Origin: Bacteroidota bacterium
GTDB taxonomy: Bacteria > Bacteroidota > Bacteroidia > Palsa-948
Length of the DNA: 64,000 nt
Direction: 5' to 3'
NCBI GenBank assembly: GCA_016213405.1
Contig: JACRAM010000116.1
Location: 269 to 64,268, forward strand
Both the position numbers and the translations under genes were made by a program. Under the pieces are notes generated by a model, which saw only the letters and a program-made list of their open reading frames with translations, was not told where the DNA came from and did no database searches. Positions 41,320 through 51,174 of the stretch are shown one piece after another; the first letter of the stretch is position 1; the number at the start of each line of letters is the position of its first letter.

Positions 41320-41511
41320 TTATTCTTCCGCTTCTATTAGGCGCTGCTTGTGTTTTGCGCGTTTGATAGTTTCTCTACGAGCGATTGACGGCTTGGTGAA
41401 AACCTGCCGTTTGCGGAGTTCACGGAGTGTACCTGTTTTTTCAAACTTCTTCTTGAGTTTCTTCAGCGCTTTTTCAACGCCTTCTCCTTCTTTCACCTGA
41501 ACAATTAGCAT
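41320..41511 (-). CDS. rpsU: 30S ribosomal protein S21
   Basis: 63 aa; MLIVQVKEGEGVEKALKKLKKKFEKTGTLRELRKRQVFTKPS. Confidence 0.93.
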   Translation of the reverse strand: MLIVQVKEGEGVEKALKKLKKKFEKTGTLRELRKRQVFTKPSIARRETIKRAKHKQRLIEAEE

Positions 41512-41571
41512 TTTATTATTCTGTTTTATTAATTGGATCGCGAATATATGAATTTATTTAATTACAGCGGT

Positions 41572-42687
41572 TCATTCTTTTTTTATCAAATCCATACCGC
41601 ACATTTTGCATTTGCCCGGCTCTTGACTAATACTTCCTTCGCATTTCATAGGGCATTCGTAGTAAGATTCACCGCTTTTTGGGATAACGCTTTTAGTAGT
41701 AAAAAATCTATAAGACAATCCAACTGTAAACTGTGTTTGGGCGGCAAGTTGTGTGCCATTTACATATTCATATAGTGGAATTTCAGTTAAGGCGAAAACA
41801 GTAAATGATTTATAACTAAAACTCACCTGCGGGCAAAAAATAATTTTCTTACTTCCTGTGAAAGATGTGTCAACATTGTAAGATGCAAGAAGGTCAACAT
41901 TCTTTGCGGGTTTCAATTTTCCTATATGTTCTCCTTTTACCATCAATGTCACGCCAAGTTTTTTGAAAAAAGTTTTTCCTGCATATAATCCTAAGCTGGC
42001 ATAGTCGCCAAATTTTTCTCCCAGGGAATTATATCCTTTTTTAATATATAGTGTGTTTGCAAAAAGCCGGAAATTATGCAGAGGAAATCCTCTGAAGAAA
42101 AAAGCGTAGAAAATAAAATCCTGAGACCCGTTTGTCGGTTGAACCAATGGAGGCATGGTAGTATAATGCGCAATCATTTTAGTGGAATCGAACCATGTTA
42201 ATATGGAATCATTGTGTTTGCCGAGGGGAATTTTATATCCTAATCCTAGTGTAAGTTCTACACGTTTTCTTTCATCTGTCCGGTTAAGAACATCGTAGCG
42301 GGGAAATAGTATTAAGTCAGCAATTCCGGATGAGCGAATAGTGTCAAGAGTTGTATTAATAGTATCAAGCCCTATCTGTGTTTTGTTTAGAAAATATCCC
42401 GCCTCAACTGACAGAGTGAAATCTTTCGTAATTCCATAGGCGATTTTTGAATAAATATATTTACTGTTATAGTGATTGAACAATCTTGTTGTGTCCTTAT
42501 CTCTCGTAAGAAATTTATTGCTGTTGATGTATTGAAAGTTAGAAGCGATTTCCATTTGTCTGTCGAGCAGAACTCCAGCGGATACGCCACCCGCAATAGG
42601 GCTTCCGCTTCCTCCGGAACAGCAACCCTGAGAAAAAACTTTAGTTGAGAAAAATAAAATAAAGAAAAGAAAAACTATCTGGCGCAT
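41572..42687 (-). CDS. Secreted putative outer-membrane beta-barrel protein with a C-terminal heavy-metal-binding domain (HMBD)
   Basis: Signal peptide. Alternating amphipathic segments consistent with a beta-barrel. The C-terminal YYECPMKCEGSISQEPGKCKMCGMDL matches the HMBD motif Y-x-C-P-M-x...P-G-x-C-x-x-C-G-M-x-L. Confidence 0.5.
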   Translation of the reverse strand: MRQIVFLFFILFFSTKVFSQGCCSGGSGSPIAGGVSAGVLLDRQMEIASNFQYINSNKFLTRDKDTTRLFNHYNSKYIYSKIAYGITKDFTLSVEAGYFLNKTQIGLDTINTTLDTIRSSGIADLILFPRYDVLNRTDERKRVELTLGLGYKIPLGKHNDSILTWFDSTKMIAHYTTMPPLVQPTNGSQDFIFYAFFFRGFPLHNFRLFANTLYIKKGYNSLGEKFGDYASLGLYAGKTFFKKLGVTLMVKGEHIGKLKPAKNVDLLASYNVDTSFTGSKKIIFCPQVSFSYKSFTVFALTEIPLYEYVNGTQLAAQTQFTVGLSYRFFTTKSVIPKSGESYYECPMKCEGSISQEPGKCKMCGMDLIKKE

Positions 42688-42750
42688 AGAATTTAAAAAA
42701 GAACCTGCATTTTTTTATACAGGTTCTGTTTGAGGATGGATAAAAATAAA

Positions 42751-43530
42751 TTAGTGTGAAACAGAAAGTGTAATGGTTTGTTCAGTTCTGTTTGCGATGA
42801 GTTTCACAAAATAAATTCCATTAGTAATATCGGTGCAATCTATAGTAATCTTATGCACGCCAGCGCTTTGGTTTCCGGAAGAAACAGATTTTAATTTTTC
42901 TCCCACAAGGTTGAAGAGTTCAGCTTTTACATCGGATGAAGATTGAAGCGAATAAGAAATTTCTGTGGAATTGCCTGTAGGATTTGGAAATACATTAAAA
43001 GAAGAAATATTTCCTGCTTCAGAAATTCCAGTTGATGCATTTAACGCATTGGTAATGGCAGTCTGTAAAGCAGAAGATGAAACAGTGCCATTCACATTAT
43101 AAAAAATAGTATGGTTTGGTCCGCCAAGCACAACTGTTTTTGGCATTCCTGATGTGCCGTAATCGGTCATTTTAATTGGAGTGCCGCTATTTCCAAAAGC
43201 TGCATCCGTTGTTATGCCGTTTGTACTTGCCCAACCTGTAAGAGTGCTGCAAGAAGTATTTCCTACATCATCTACTAAATAAAATTTAACTCTTCCGGGA
43301 TAAGATGATGCAAAACTTTGTACAGCTGCAGCATCGGCTGAGGCAGGAGGAATGCAGGTTGCACAGGGCATCACCCAGCACATGACAATTACTTTTCCCG
43401 CATCCAGCTCAGAAAAAAGAGTGTGAGAAACACTATTGCAGTCATTGCAGGTGAAATTAGTGGCGGTGGTTTGTGCGGCTAAAGTTGCTCCGATAAAAAG
43501 CGCGGAACAAAAGAGTAAAAGTTTTTTCAT
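42751..43530 (-). CDS. T9SS-secreted thioredoxin-like (TlpA-like, CxxC) protein
   Basis: Signal peptide. GKVIVMCWVMPCATC resembles the TlpA/ResA GKvvlvnFWatWCppC motif. The C-terminal approx. 80 aa are a T9SS sorting domain (FPNPTGNSTEISYSL...GIYFVKL). Confidence 0.5.
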   Translation of the reverse strand: MKKLLLFCSALFIGATLAAQTTATNFTCNDCNSVSHTLFSELDAGKVIVMCWVMPCATCIPPASADAAAVQSFASSYPGRVKFYLVDDVGNTSCSTLTGWASTNGITTDAAFGNSGTPIKMTDYGTSGMPKTVVLGGPNHTIFYNVNGTVSSSALQTAITNALNASTGISEAGNISSFNVFPNPTGNSTEISYSLQSSSDVKAELFNLVGEKLKSVSSGNQSAGVHKITIDCTDITNGIYFVKLIANRTEQTITLSVSH

Positions 43531-43692
43531 TGAAATTATTTTTATGAATGAAGTTTTAATACTGTTGCCAAATGTAGTGAAGAAATGTTGCTAGGCAAAC
43601 ATAATGCAGTAAATAATTTGCAACTTCCTAAAATCATACTTTTTTACAAAATTACTAATATCCAAACATATCTTTATCTGCTAATTTTTTTC

Positions 43693-43831
43693 GGGTGTAC
43701 GACAAAAATCCGCTTTATAAAAATAAATCTTTCGTGGGCTTTCGTGTTTTAGTGTTTTTGTGGCAAAAAACCACTTGCCACTAAGACACAAAGGCACTAA
43801 AAATCACAAAACGGAAATTTGTCGTACGCCC
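43693..43831. repeat. About 140-bp intergenic element bounded by 14-bp inverted repeats (candidate MITE or structured RNA)
   Basis: gggtgtacgacaaa at 43693-43706 pairs with tttgtcgtacgccc at 43818-43831 (one mismatch). The interior is GT-rich then CA-rich with partial self-complementarity and a gtgg-caaaaaa-ccac hairpin. A T-run follows on the plus strand. Confidence 0.4.
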
Positions 43832-43839
43832 ATTTTTTT

Positions 43840-46017
43840 CTATAATGTCAGTTTTATCCCGCCATTCACAACAAATCCATCTACTGGCGCGTAGATGTCT
43901 CTAAAAACAGGATTTGTGATTGTTCCGGTATAAATGGTATCAAACTTTGTCTGCCGTGTGTCAATGAAATTTTCAAAGTTCACGAAGAGTGAAAAATGTT
44001 TCCATAATTTTTCTGCCATTAATCCGCAAATCCAATATTCATTTCCTGTTGCTCCGTCATTTAATTTTTGCGGACTGAAATAATATGCTTCCAAACCAAT
44101 TTTTAATTTGCCTTCTATTTCATACATCAGAACATTATTCAACCGATGTTGCGCAACCAATGGAAATGTCGTTTCGTTTCCGTTGTAATGCTGCTTTACA
44201 TCAGCTAATGTGTAGCCAATAAAAAGTTTGAAACCTCCATAAGCGAGTTTGATGTTTGTTTCAACTCCTTTTGTATCAATGAAGCCTTTGGGTTGCTGAA
44301 ATTCATACGAGCCGGATGAATCACGAACAAGAACCAACGGATTTTTTACTTGTGTATAAAAGAACAATGTGTTAATCGTCAGAAATAATTTTTCTGAAAG
44401 TGTTGTTTTATAATTAATGTCAAAATTTCCTCCTATGGATTGTTCAGCTTTTGTTTTTGACACATCAATTGGTAATACATTTCTGAATTGTATGCGTTCC
44501 GCGTCTTCTGTGAAAACCGTTGGTGTTTTGTATCCCAAACCACCACCTAGCCGCGCAGTAAGTTTTTGATGGAATTTAACAAGCGCAGATATTCTCGGCA
44601 ATGCAAAAAATCCATATTCGTTTTGATAATCTCCACGGAAACCGGTTTCAAGAGTTACTTTTTCTGTCGCGTCAAAGGAGTTTTGAATAAATGCGCCAAA
44701 GGTGGTATAGTCGTAGTCAACTGCTTTCGATGTGTCAAATTTGTTTTGTGAAAACTTGCCTGTCCATATATTTAATCCGGTTACCCATTCTGATTTTTCT
44801 TCTTTGTGATTATAATTTGCTTCGCTGAAGGAAGAAATCTGAATGCCGGAAAATTTGTAATTCGGAATCTCAATTCCTCTATCGTAATAACTCACGCTGT
44901 TCTTAAAAGAAAGTTTTGATCTGTCATTTGCTTTGTGATCAAGTCCTAATTGTGTGCTGAAGCGATTGGTTTTATTCTTTTCAAAATAAGAATGTATGCT
45001 GTCGCCTTTTCCTTCAATGAATTTTATGTCGCCACCAATGCGGTTTTCTGTTGTGCTGTTGAAGCCAATATTCATAGTTGTTTTATCATTGAAATAAAAA
45101 AATAATTTTGGATTTATTGTGTAGCGATTAAATTTGGGAATAGCAGTCAAGCCAATGTTCGCGGGATCGTAAGGTGTTCCCAAATTATAGGAAGCAAAAA
45201 TTGTTGTGCCAATTTTTTTAAATTTCTGAGAATAAAATCCGCTTGCGTCTAAACCCAATGCAGATGTTCCGTTCAACATAAAATCTAATTCTCTTTTTTC
45301 CTTTGGTGTTTTAGAAATAAGATTTACCAAACCGGCAATGGCACCTTCTCCGTAAAGTGTGGATGATGCACCTTTAATTACTTCTACCTGTTTCAAATCA
45401 AGCGGAACAATTTGCAACAAACTTAATCCGCCCGAAAATCCTGAATACAATGGGAAACCATCTTTCAATATCTGCGTGTATTTTCCGTCAAGTCCTTGAA
45501 TGCGGATGCTTGAGTTATAACTTGTCGCTGATGTTTGTTGGGTTTGAATGCCCGTGCTTTCATTTAACATCATTCGGATGTCGCCAGGTTTCATATTTCC
45601 TTTTTCGCCTAACTCTTCTCCGGAAATTGCTTCTACTCTTGTGGGAATATCAGCAATGGTTCTGCTGCTACGGGTTGTTGTAACAATTACTTCATCTATT
45701 TCTTCTGCTGATGAAACTAATAAAATTTCAAATGTTTCAGTTTGTTGCATAGGAAAATTAAAAGTGTCTGTCAGCTGTTGATAACCGACAAAACTGAAAA
45801 CGATAATTTGTTTTCCGTCCAGAATATTTTTTATTTCAATTATTCCATTTACATCAGCACTTGCACTGTTGTGAGTTCCCTGGACAAGTGCAGTTGCTCC
45901 CGCTAATAATTCTTTTGTTTCAGCATTTTTTAGTATTGCCTTGAATGTGTTTTGACTATAAGAACCAGAAATAAGAAGAGATGATAGTGACAGTAAAAAC
46001 AATTTCAACTTAACCAT
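43840..46017 (-). CDS. TonB-dependent receptor with an N-terminal carboxypeptidase-regulatory-like domain
   Basis: Signal peptide after MVKLKLFL, a CarbopepD_reg-like segment, a plug domain (VTTTRSSRTIADIPTRVEAISGEEL), a large beta-barrel, and C-terminal ...GIKLTL. Confidence 0.88.
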   Translation of the reverse strand: MVKLKLFLLSLSSLLISGSYSQNTFKAILKNAETKELLAGATALVQGTHNSASADVNGIIEIKNILDGKQIIVFSFVGYQQLTDTFNFPMQQTETFEILLVSSAEEIDEVIVTTTRSSRTIADIPTRVEAISGEELGEKGNMKPGDIRMMLNESTGIQTQQTSATSYNSSIRIQGLDGKYTQILKDGFPLYSGFSGGLSLLQIVPLDLKQVEVIKGASSTLYGEGAIAGLVNLISKTPKEKRELDFMLNGTSALGLDASGFYSQKFKKIGTTIFASYNLGTPYDPANIGLTAIPKFNRYTINPKLFFYFNDKTTMNIGFNSTTENRIGGDIKFIEGKGDSIHSYFEKNKTNRFSTQLGLDHKANDRSKLSFKNSVSYYDRGIEIPNYKFSGIQISSFSEANYNHKEEKSEWVTGLNIWTGKFSQNKFDTSKAVDYDYTTFGAFIQNSFDATEKVTLETGFRGDYQNEYGFFALPRISALVKFHQKLTARLGGGLGYKTPTVFTEDAERIQFRNVLPIDVSKTKAEQSIGGNFDINYKTTLSEKLFLTINTLFFYTQVKNPLVLVRDSSGSYEFQQPKGFIDTKGVETNIKLAYGGFKLFIGYTLADVKQHYNGNETTFPLVAQHRLNNVLMYEIEGKLKIGLEAYYFSPQKLNDGATGNEYWICGLMAEKLWKHFSLFVNFENFIDTRQTKFDTIYTGTITNPVFRDIYAPVDGFVVNGGIKLTL

Positions 46018-46108
46018 AGAGATTGCATTATTTGAATTAGAAAATATGTTCGCCAAAGGGGCAAACCTATCCTTTGGAGGATGCAATCTCAGCATAACCA
46101 TGCATTAT

Positions 46109-47434
46109 TTACCGTGCAATGATAAGTTTTTGAACTGAACTTGTTGAATGCTCAGCATTAATTTGTAGAAAATAAATTCCTTGCCCCAACTCTGAAGGGA
46201 TAGTAATATTTATTTTCTTACTTTCTTTTTGGTGGGGACTTTCTTCATACACTTTTTCTCCCATGGTGTTGTAGATTTCAATGTTTGAAATCTGAAATCC
46301 GAAATCCGAAATCTGAAACTTTCCTGAATTTGGATTAGGATAAACTGTAAACAGTAAATCAGAAACCGTAGGCTCATTTACTCCAACCGCTTTTTCCCAT
46401 TTTGCAATGTAGTTGACGATGTTTGTATCTGCTTGGGTGAAGAATCCTCCTGCATAAATTTCACCGTTGTAAGTTCCCAGTACACGCACAGTATTGTTCA
46501 TTCCGCCAGCCATCGCAGACCAGTTGGTTCCATTCCAAACAGCAACATAATTAGCAGGATTTCCTCCTGCGTTTGTAAACCATCCGCCTGCATATAAATT
46601 TCCTGAAAAAGAAAGCAAAGCAATTACTGAATTGTTTGTTCCGCTTCCAACAGAAGTCCAATTGATTCCATCCCATACAGCAATATTGCTGACGGGGTTT
46701 GCGCCTGCCAGCGAGAATGTGCCGCCAGCATATAATTTCCCGTTATAAACTTCAAGTGAATATACGGAACCATTCGTTCCTCCGCCAACAGTTGACCAAG
46801 TGGTTCCATTCCACTTGGCAATATAACTTGCAGCCATTCCATCTGCTGTATCAAACTGCCCACCTACATAAAGTTCACTATTGTAAACTGCCATAGCATT
46901 TACCACATTATTTGTTCCGCTGAGAACAGAATCGAACAGCGTGCCATTGAATTGTGCGATGTTGTTCACTGTAATTCCTCCGGCAGTAGCGAAGCCACCG
47001 CCAATGTAAAGTTCTCCATTGTAAACAGTAAGGTTTTTTACATTGCAGTTACCGGTAGTAAATCCTATCGAATCCCAACTGGTGCCGTTCCATCTGGAAA
47101 AAAATTTTCTAATCTTGTTTCCTGCATTCGTAAATGAGCCGCCTGCGTAAAGTTGATTGTTATACATAGCAAGCGCACTCACATAACCGTTAGATAATCC
47201 TGTTCCTATTGTATCCCAAGTTGTTCCGTTCCATTGTGCGATACGGCTGCAAGGCGAGCCATTGGCTGTATCAAACTGCCCGCCTGCATATAAGCGATTA
47301 TTTAATGGATCGCCTGCAAGAGAAAACACAGCAAAATCAAAACCATTGCCAACGGGCTGCCATGTTTGAGCGCACACATTAAAAGTTTCTACCACCTGTA
47401 TAAATCCAAAAATTGCAATTAGAAAAGGTTTCAT
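46109..47434 (-). CDS. T9SS-secreted protein with about nine tandem 45-50-aa repeats (probably beta-propeller-like)
   Basis: Signal peptide. Repeats of the form LYAGGxFxxAGGxxxNxIAxWNGTxWxxVGxGxNxxVxAL. C-terminal T9SS sorting domain. Confidence 0.7.
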   Translation of the reverse strand: MKPFLIAIFGFIQVVETFNVCAQTWQPVGNGFDFAVFSLAGDPLNNRLYAGGQFDTANGSPCSRIAQWNGTTWDTIGTGLSNGYVSALAMYNNQLYAGGSFTNAGNKIRKFFSRWNGTSWDSIGFTTGNCNVKNLTVYNGELYIGGGFATAGGITVNNIAQFNGTLFDSVLSGTNNVVNAMAVYNSELYVGGQFDTADGMAASYIAKWNGTTWSTVGGGTNGSVYSLEVYNGKLYAGGTFSLAGANPVSNIAVWDGINWTSVGSGTNNSVIALLSFSGNLYAGGWFTNAGGNPANYVAVWNGTNWSAMAGGMNNTVRVLGTYNGEIYAGGFFTQADTNIVNYIAKWEKAVGVNEPTVSDLLFTVYPNPNSGKFQISDFGFQISNIEIYNTMGEKVYEESPHQKESKKINITIPSELGQGIYFLQINAEHSTSSVQKLIIAR

Positions 47435-47448
47435 GTAAATATTTTTTA

Positions 47449-48498
47449 CTATTGCTTAATGAATTTGCTCCCGAAATTTCCCTTGTCTGTCATGATTTGA
47501 ATGAAATAGATTCCCGCGTTTAACTTTGATATTTCTATCTTATTGCTTTCTATTTTTCCGATACTGACTAAAAACCCCATGCTGTTAAATATCTTATATG
47601 AAACAGGAGTAAATAAGGATTTTTTCTCAATAAAAAGAAAATCAGTTGCCGGATTAGGATAAATTGAAAATGAGTTTTCGTATTTGATTTCATTTACAAA
47701 AGCAAAGACCGTTGTTTTCCATATACTGTCTGCCCATTGCGGATTATCAATATATGGATTTCTGTTATTTTGAAAAAGGTAATAAATGGAATCATTTCTG
47801 GCAATCTCTTTAGCGCTCACAGAATCCTGATGATGCCATTGCAATAAAACATTTACCTGCCAGGGCAATATATCAGATTTGTTGGTTGCGCCTGATGAAG
47901 ACCATCCTGCATCTTCAGAATAGTAACGTGTGCTCATATAAAAATAAGTTCTTGCTAAATCTCCTTTATATTCGTCTATTGGTTCAAAAACGGTAAGACT
48001 GTATCCTGTGTCAGAGCAAGATCCTAATTTGCTGCCATTTAAACTTGTCCAACTTGCAATGCCAACATCGCCATAAGGATAATTGTTGCGTTGCCCGTTT
48101 ACTTTTCCATCAGTAGGATAAACTTGAAACAAATCGGAGACAGGTCCGTTTACAGAATTAAACCAGCTTTGCGGCCAGCTATGCTCACGGTTATAACAAT
48201 CGCCTTCATTGCTATAGCTTCCGCATTGATCAGTACCAAAAGTAAATTCGTAGGGTGGTGTGCCAGAAGGAACATCGCTGTATATATCCCATACTTTTCC
48301 ATTTGGCATTTTATCTGTTTTCGTATAGACATTCCATAATGAATTATAAGAAATCACAGAATGATTCTTTATAATATTATGTAAAGCAATTTTTAAATTA
48401 TTGCCTGTTAATCCCTGTGCTGAATTGTAATATCCCGGAGGAATCTGTGCGAAACAAAAACTACATGTAATAATACACAGAAGCGGAAGAAGTTTCAT
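47449..48498 (-). CDS. Secreted endonuclease I family (EndA/NucM/Vvn-like) nuclease with a T9SS C-terminal sorting domain
   Basis: CYNREHSWPQSWFN matches the endonuclease I active-site region. Signal peptide MKLLPLLCIITCSFCFAQ. C-terminal T9SS sorting domain. Confidence 0.7.
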   Translation of the reverse strand: MKLLPLLCIITCSFCFAQIPPGYYNSAQGLTGNNLKIALHNIIKNHSVISYNSLWNVYTKTDKMPNGKVWDIYSDVPSGTPPYEFTFGTDQCGSYSNEGDCYNREHSWPQSWFNSVNGPVSDLFQVYPTDGKVNGQRNNYPYGDVGIASWTSLNGSKLGSCSDTGYSLTVFEPIDEYKGDLARTYFYMSTRYYSEDAGWSSSGATNKSDILPWQVNVLLQWHHQDSVSAKEIARNDSIYYLFQNNRNPYIDNPQWADSIWKTTVFAFVNEIKYENSFSIYPNPATDFLFIEKKSLFTPVSYKIFNSMGFLVSIGKIESNKIEISKLNAGIYFIQIMTDKGNFGSKFIKQ

Positions 48499-48545
48499 TA
48501 TTTTTATTATTTTATTAAATTCCCCAACCATTTTCTAAAACGTAG

Positions 48546-49352
48546 TTAGGTCAGGCTGTTTGCCATTAACTCAGCCACATCCATTACTTTAACTTCCTGC
48601 TCTTTATTGAAATGCTTTACTCCATCCGTTATCATCGTCATACAAAACGGACAAGCAGTGGCAATTACATTTGGAGAATGTGAAAGCGCTTCTTCGGTGC
48701 GTTCAATATTCACATCCTTGTTTCCTTTCTCTGCATCCTTGAACATCTGTGCTCCGCCTGCTCCGCAGCAGAAACCGTTTTCTTTAGAGCGTTTCATTTC
48801 TTCAAGGTTCACTTCAAGATTTTTTATCACCGCACGGGGCGCTTCATACACATCGTTGGCTCTGCCAAGATAACAGGCATCGTGATAAATAATAGCCCCA
48901 CCCCGACCCTCTCCATTGGGGAGGGAGGAAGAATCTTTCTTTATTTTCAATCTGCCGCTATCAATAAGTTGTTGAATGAGTTGCGTGTGATGAATCACTT
49001 CGTAATTTCCTCCCAGCGATGGATATTCATTCTTCAGCGTATTAAAACAATGCGGGCATCCCGTAACAATTTTTTTTACGGAATAATTATTCATCACTGT
49101 GATGTTATTCATTGCCTGCAGCTGGAAAAGAAATTCATTGCCGGCACGTTTTGCAGGATCGCCTGAGCAAGATTCTTCTGTTCCGAGCACAGCAAACTTC
49201 ATCCCTACATGATTTAATATTTTTACAATGGCACGTGTTATTTTTTTTGCCCTGTCATCAAAAGAGCCAGCGCAGCCAACCCAAAAAAGAATTTCGGGCT
49301 GTTCGCCAAACGCTGTGTACTCTGCCATTGTTTTTACTTTCAGTTCGCTCAT
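48546..49352 (-). CDS. CCG-domain (Fe-S)-binding oxidoreductase subunit (LutA/GlcF/HdrD C-terminal-like)
   Basis: Two cysteine-rich CCG-type motifs (GCAGSFDD...CSGDP and CYLGRAN...FCCGAGGAQM) plus CPHC/CPFC. Confidence 0.65.
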   Translation of the reverse strand: MSELKVKTMAEYTAFGEQPEILFWVGCAGSFDDRAKKITRAIVKILNHVGMKFAVLGTEESCSGDPAKRAGNEFLFQLQAMNNITVMNNYSVKKIVTGCPHCFNTLKNEYPSLGGNYEVIHHTQLIQQLIDSGRLKIKKDSSSLPNGEGRGGAIIYHDACYLGRANDVYEAPRAVIKNLEVNLEEMKRSKENGFCCGAGGAQMFKDAEKGNKDVNIERTEEALSHSPNVIATACPFCMTMITDGVKHFNKEQEVKVMDVAELMANSLT

Positions 49353-49771
49353 TCTTCAAAGACTTGTATTGTTGCATTTTTATTTTTCAACTCGGTAAAC
49401 TTACCATTGTATTTTGTTGCGCGAACGATATGATTGTCTATCCAATGGTAATTTCCTCCTCTGGGCTTTCCCATCAGCAATCCGTGATATTTGAATCCGC
49501 ATTTTTTCAGCCAGCGTTCAGTAACTTCTCTGTGTGTTTCTGTGCGTGAAGTGAAAAATGTAATGATGTGTCCTTCATTAAACCACTGATTAACTTTTAT
49601 TAGTGCATCCGGATAAACTTCTGCATCTTCCATTCTTTCGGGTTCTTCATTAGGAATATCTTCTCCAACCGTTCCGTCTATATCAACCAGAAAGTTTTTT
49701 ACGTGCGAAGGAAGAATAGGAGAAATCTTTTTTCCATTTTTTTCAGCTTGTATGAGTTTAAATTCTGTCAT
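49349..49771 (-). CDS. HAD-superfamily phosphatase-like protein
   Basis: Motif I LVDIDGTV, FFTSRTE (motif II), and a lysine-containing GKPRGG segment. Overlaps the downstream CCG gene by 4 nt. Confidence 0.45.
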   Translation of the reverse strand: MTEFKLIQAEKNGKKISPILPSHVKNFLVDIDGTVGEDIPNEEPERMEDAEVYPDALIKVNQWFNEGHIITFFTSRTETHREVTERWLKKCGFKYHGLLMGKPRGGNYHWIDNHIVRATKYNGKFTELKNKNATIQVFEE

Positions 49772-49779
49772 GTGATTAT

Positions 49780-51174
49780 TTAATTTTCGTTCGCCCAGTT
49801 TAATCTGTCTGAAGGAGAATATTGCCATGGTGCACCGTTGTTTTCAATATTGGTGAATGTCATATTGAGCGCTTGAGGCGCTGCGCTTTGTTCCATCACT
49901 AAAAATCTGCGGATGTCAATAATAATGCTGAGCGGGTCAATGTTTACAGGACATTCCTGCACGCATGCATTGCAAGAAGTGCAAGCCCAGAGTTCTTCGG
50001 CTGAAATATAATTTCCGAAGAGAGATTTTCCGTCATCTGCAAATTTTTTATTTTTGTCAATATTTCTTCCCACTTCTTCCAATCTATCTCGTGTATCCAT
50101 CATTATTTTTCTTGGCGATAAAAGTTTTCCTGTTTGATTTGCAGGGCAGGCAGATGTGCATCGTCCGCATTCAGTGCAGGTGTAAGCATCGAGCAATTGC
50201 TTCCATGATAAATCAAAAATATCTTTAGCGCCAAATCTCATCGGTTGATCAGAATTTACAGGAGGCGGAGTGAAGGAAGGATCAAGCATCGCTTTCACTT
50301 CATTGGTCACACTTTGAAGATTTGTGAGCTGACCTTTTGGATTAAGATTTGAATAAAATACATTCGGAAAAGAAAGTACGATGTGAAAATGTTTTGAGAT
50401 GATGATGTAATTCAGAAATCCTAAAATGCCAAAGATGTGAAGCCACCAGCAGGAGCGTTCGATCAGTATTAAAGAGTTTTCTTGCATTCCGGATAATAGA
50501 GGAGCGATGAAACTGCTGATGGGAAAGTTTCCTGCAGAAAAATAATGTTCGCTGTACATCTGCTGAAGCGTTTGATCGGCAGCATTCATCAGGAATAAAG
50601 CGCTCATTAAAATAATTTCAGAACATAAAATCAGATTGGCATCTGTTCGGGGCCATCCATTCAGATCTTTCATGGCGAATCGTTTGAGCCGTAATATATT
50701 TCTGCGAATGAGAAAAACTGCACAGCCAAAAGTAACAAGAAATGCAAGCACTTCAAAAAATGCAATAAGGAAATCGTACAGATGGAATCCATTAAAGTTC
50801 AGGAAAGAAAGAAAACGGTGCGTTCCGAAACTGCCGTCAATAATCATTTCTACCACTTCAATATTTATCAGAACAAAACCAACATAGACCAGCAGATGAA
50901 GCAGTGCAGGAATCGGGCGCTGAAACATTTTTTTCTGACCGATTGCAACGAGCAACATGATTTTCCATCGCTCGTATTTTCTGTCGCTTCGGTCACTATC
51001 TTTCCCCAAAAAAATATTTCTTCGTATTTTTCTTGCGTTAAAAATAAATAAACTCACTCCTGCAATCAGCAACAGGAGAAATATGGTATTAGAAATTGCC
51101 AATGGGAAATTATTTTTTCTTTTTCTTTCCTTTATCCCTTCCGAAGACAGAGAAATATCTTTTCGGATGCTCAT
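49780..51174 (-). CDS. Membrane-anchored 4Fe-4S dicluster ferredoxin-type protein (HdrE/HdrD- or GlpC-like N-terminal module)
   Basis: About five N-terminal TM helices, then two 4Fe-4S motifs CTECGRCTSACP and CTSCNACVQECP. Confidence 0.65.
   Translation of the reverse strand: MSIRKDISLSSEGIKERKRKNNFPLAISNTIFLLLLIAGVSLFIFNARKIRRNIFLGKDSDRSDRKYERWKIMLLVAIGQKKMFQRPIPALLHLLVYVGFVLINIEVVEMIIDGSFGTHRFLSFLNFNGFHLYDFLIAFFEVLAFLVTFGCAVFLIRRNILRLKRFAMKDLNGWPRTDANLILCSEIILMSALFLMNAADQTLQQMYSEHYFSAGNFPISSFIAPLLSGMQENSLILIERSCWWLHIFGILGFLNYIIISKHFHIVLSFPNVFYSNLNPKGQLTNLQSVTNEVKAMLDPSFTPPPVNSDQPMRFGAKDIFDLSWKQLLDAYTCTECGRCTSACPANQTGKLLSPRKIMMDTRDRLEEVGRNIDKNKKFADDGKSLFGNYISAEELWACTSCNACVQECPVNIDPLSIIIDIRRFLVMEQSAAPQALNMTFTNIENNGAPWQYSPSDRLNWANEN

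Noticed and set aside
46262-46320. Short tandem gaaatc(c/t) micro-repeat
   Set aside because: It lies inside the T9SS repeat-protein CDS and simply encodes ...FQISDFGFQISNIE...; it is not an independent element.
48880-48960. GC-rich palindromic stretch ccccaccccgaccctctccattggggagggagg
   Set aside because: It falls inside the CCG-domain Fe-S protein CDS, maintains the reading frame (…NGEGRGGAII…), and is most simply a local composition quirk.
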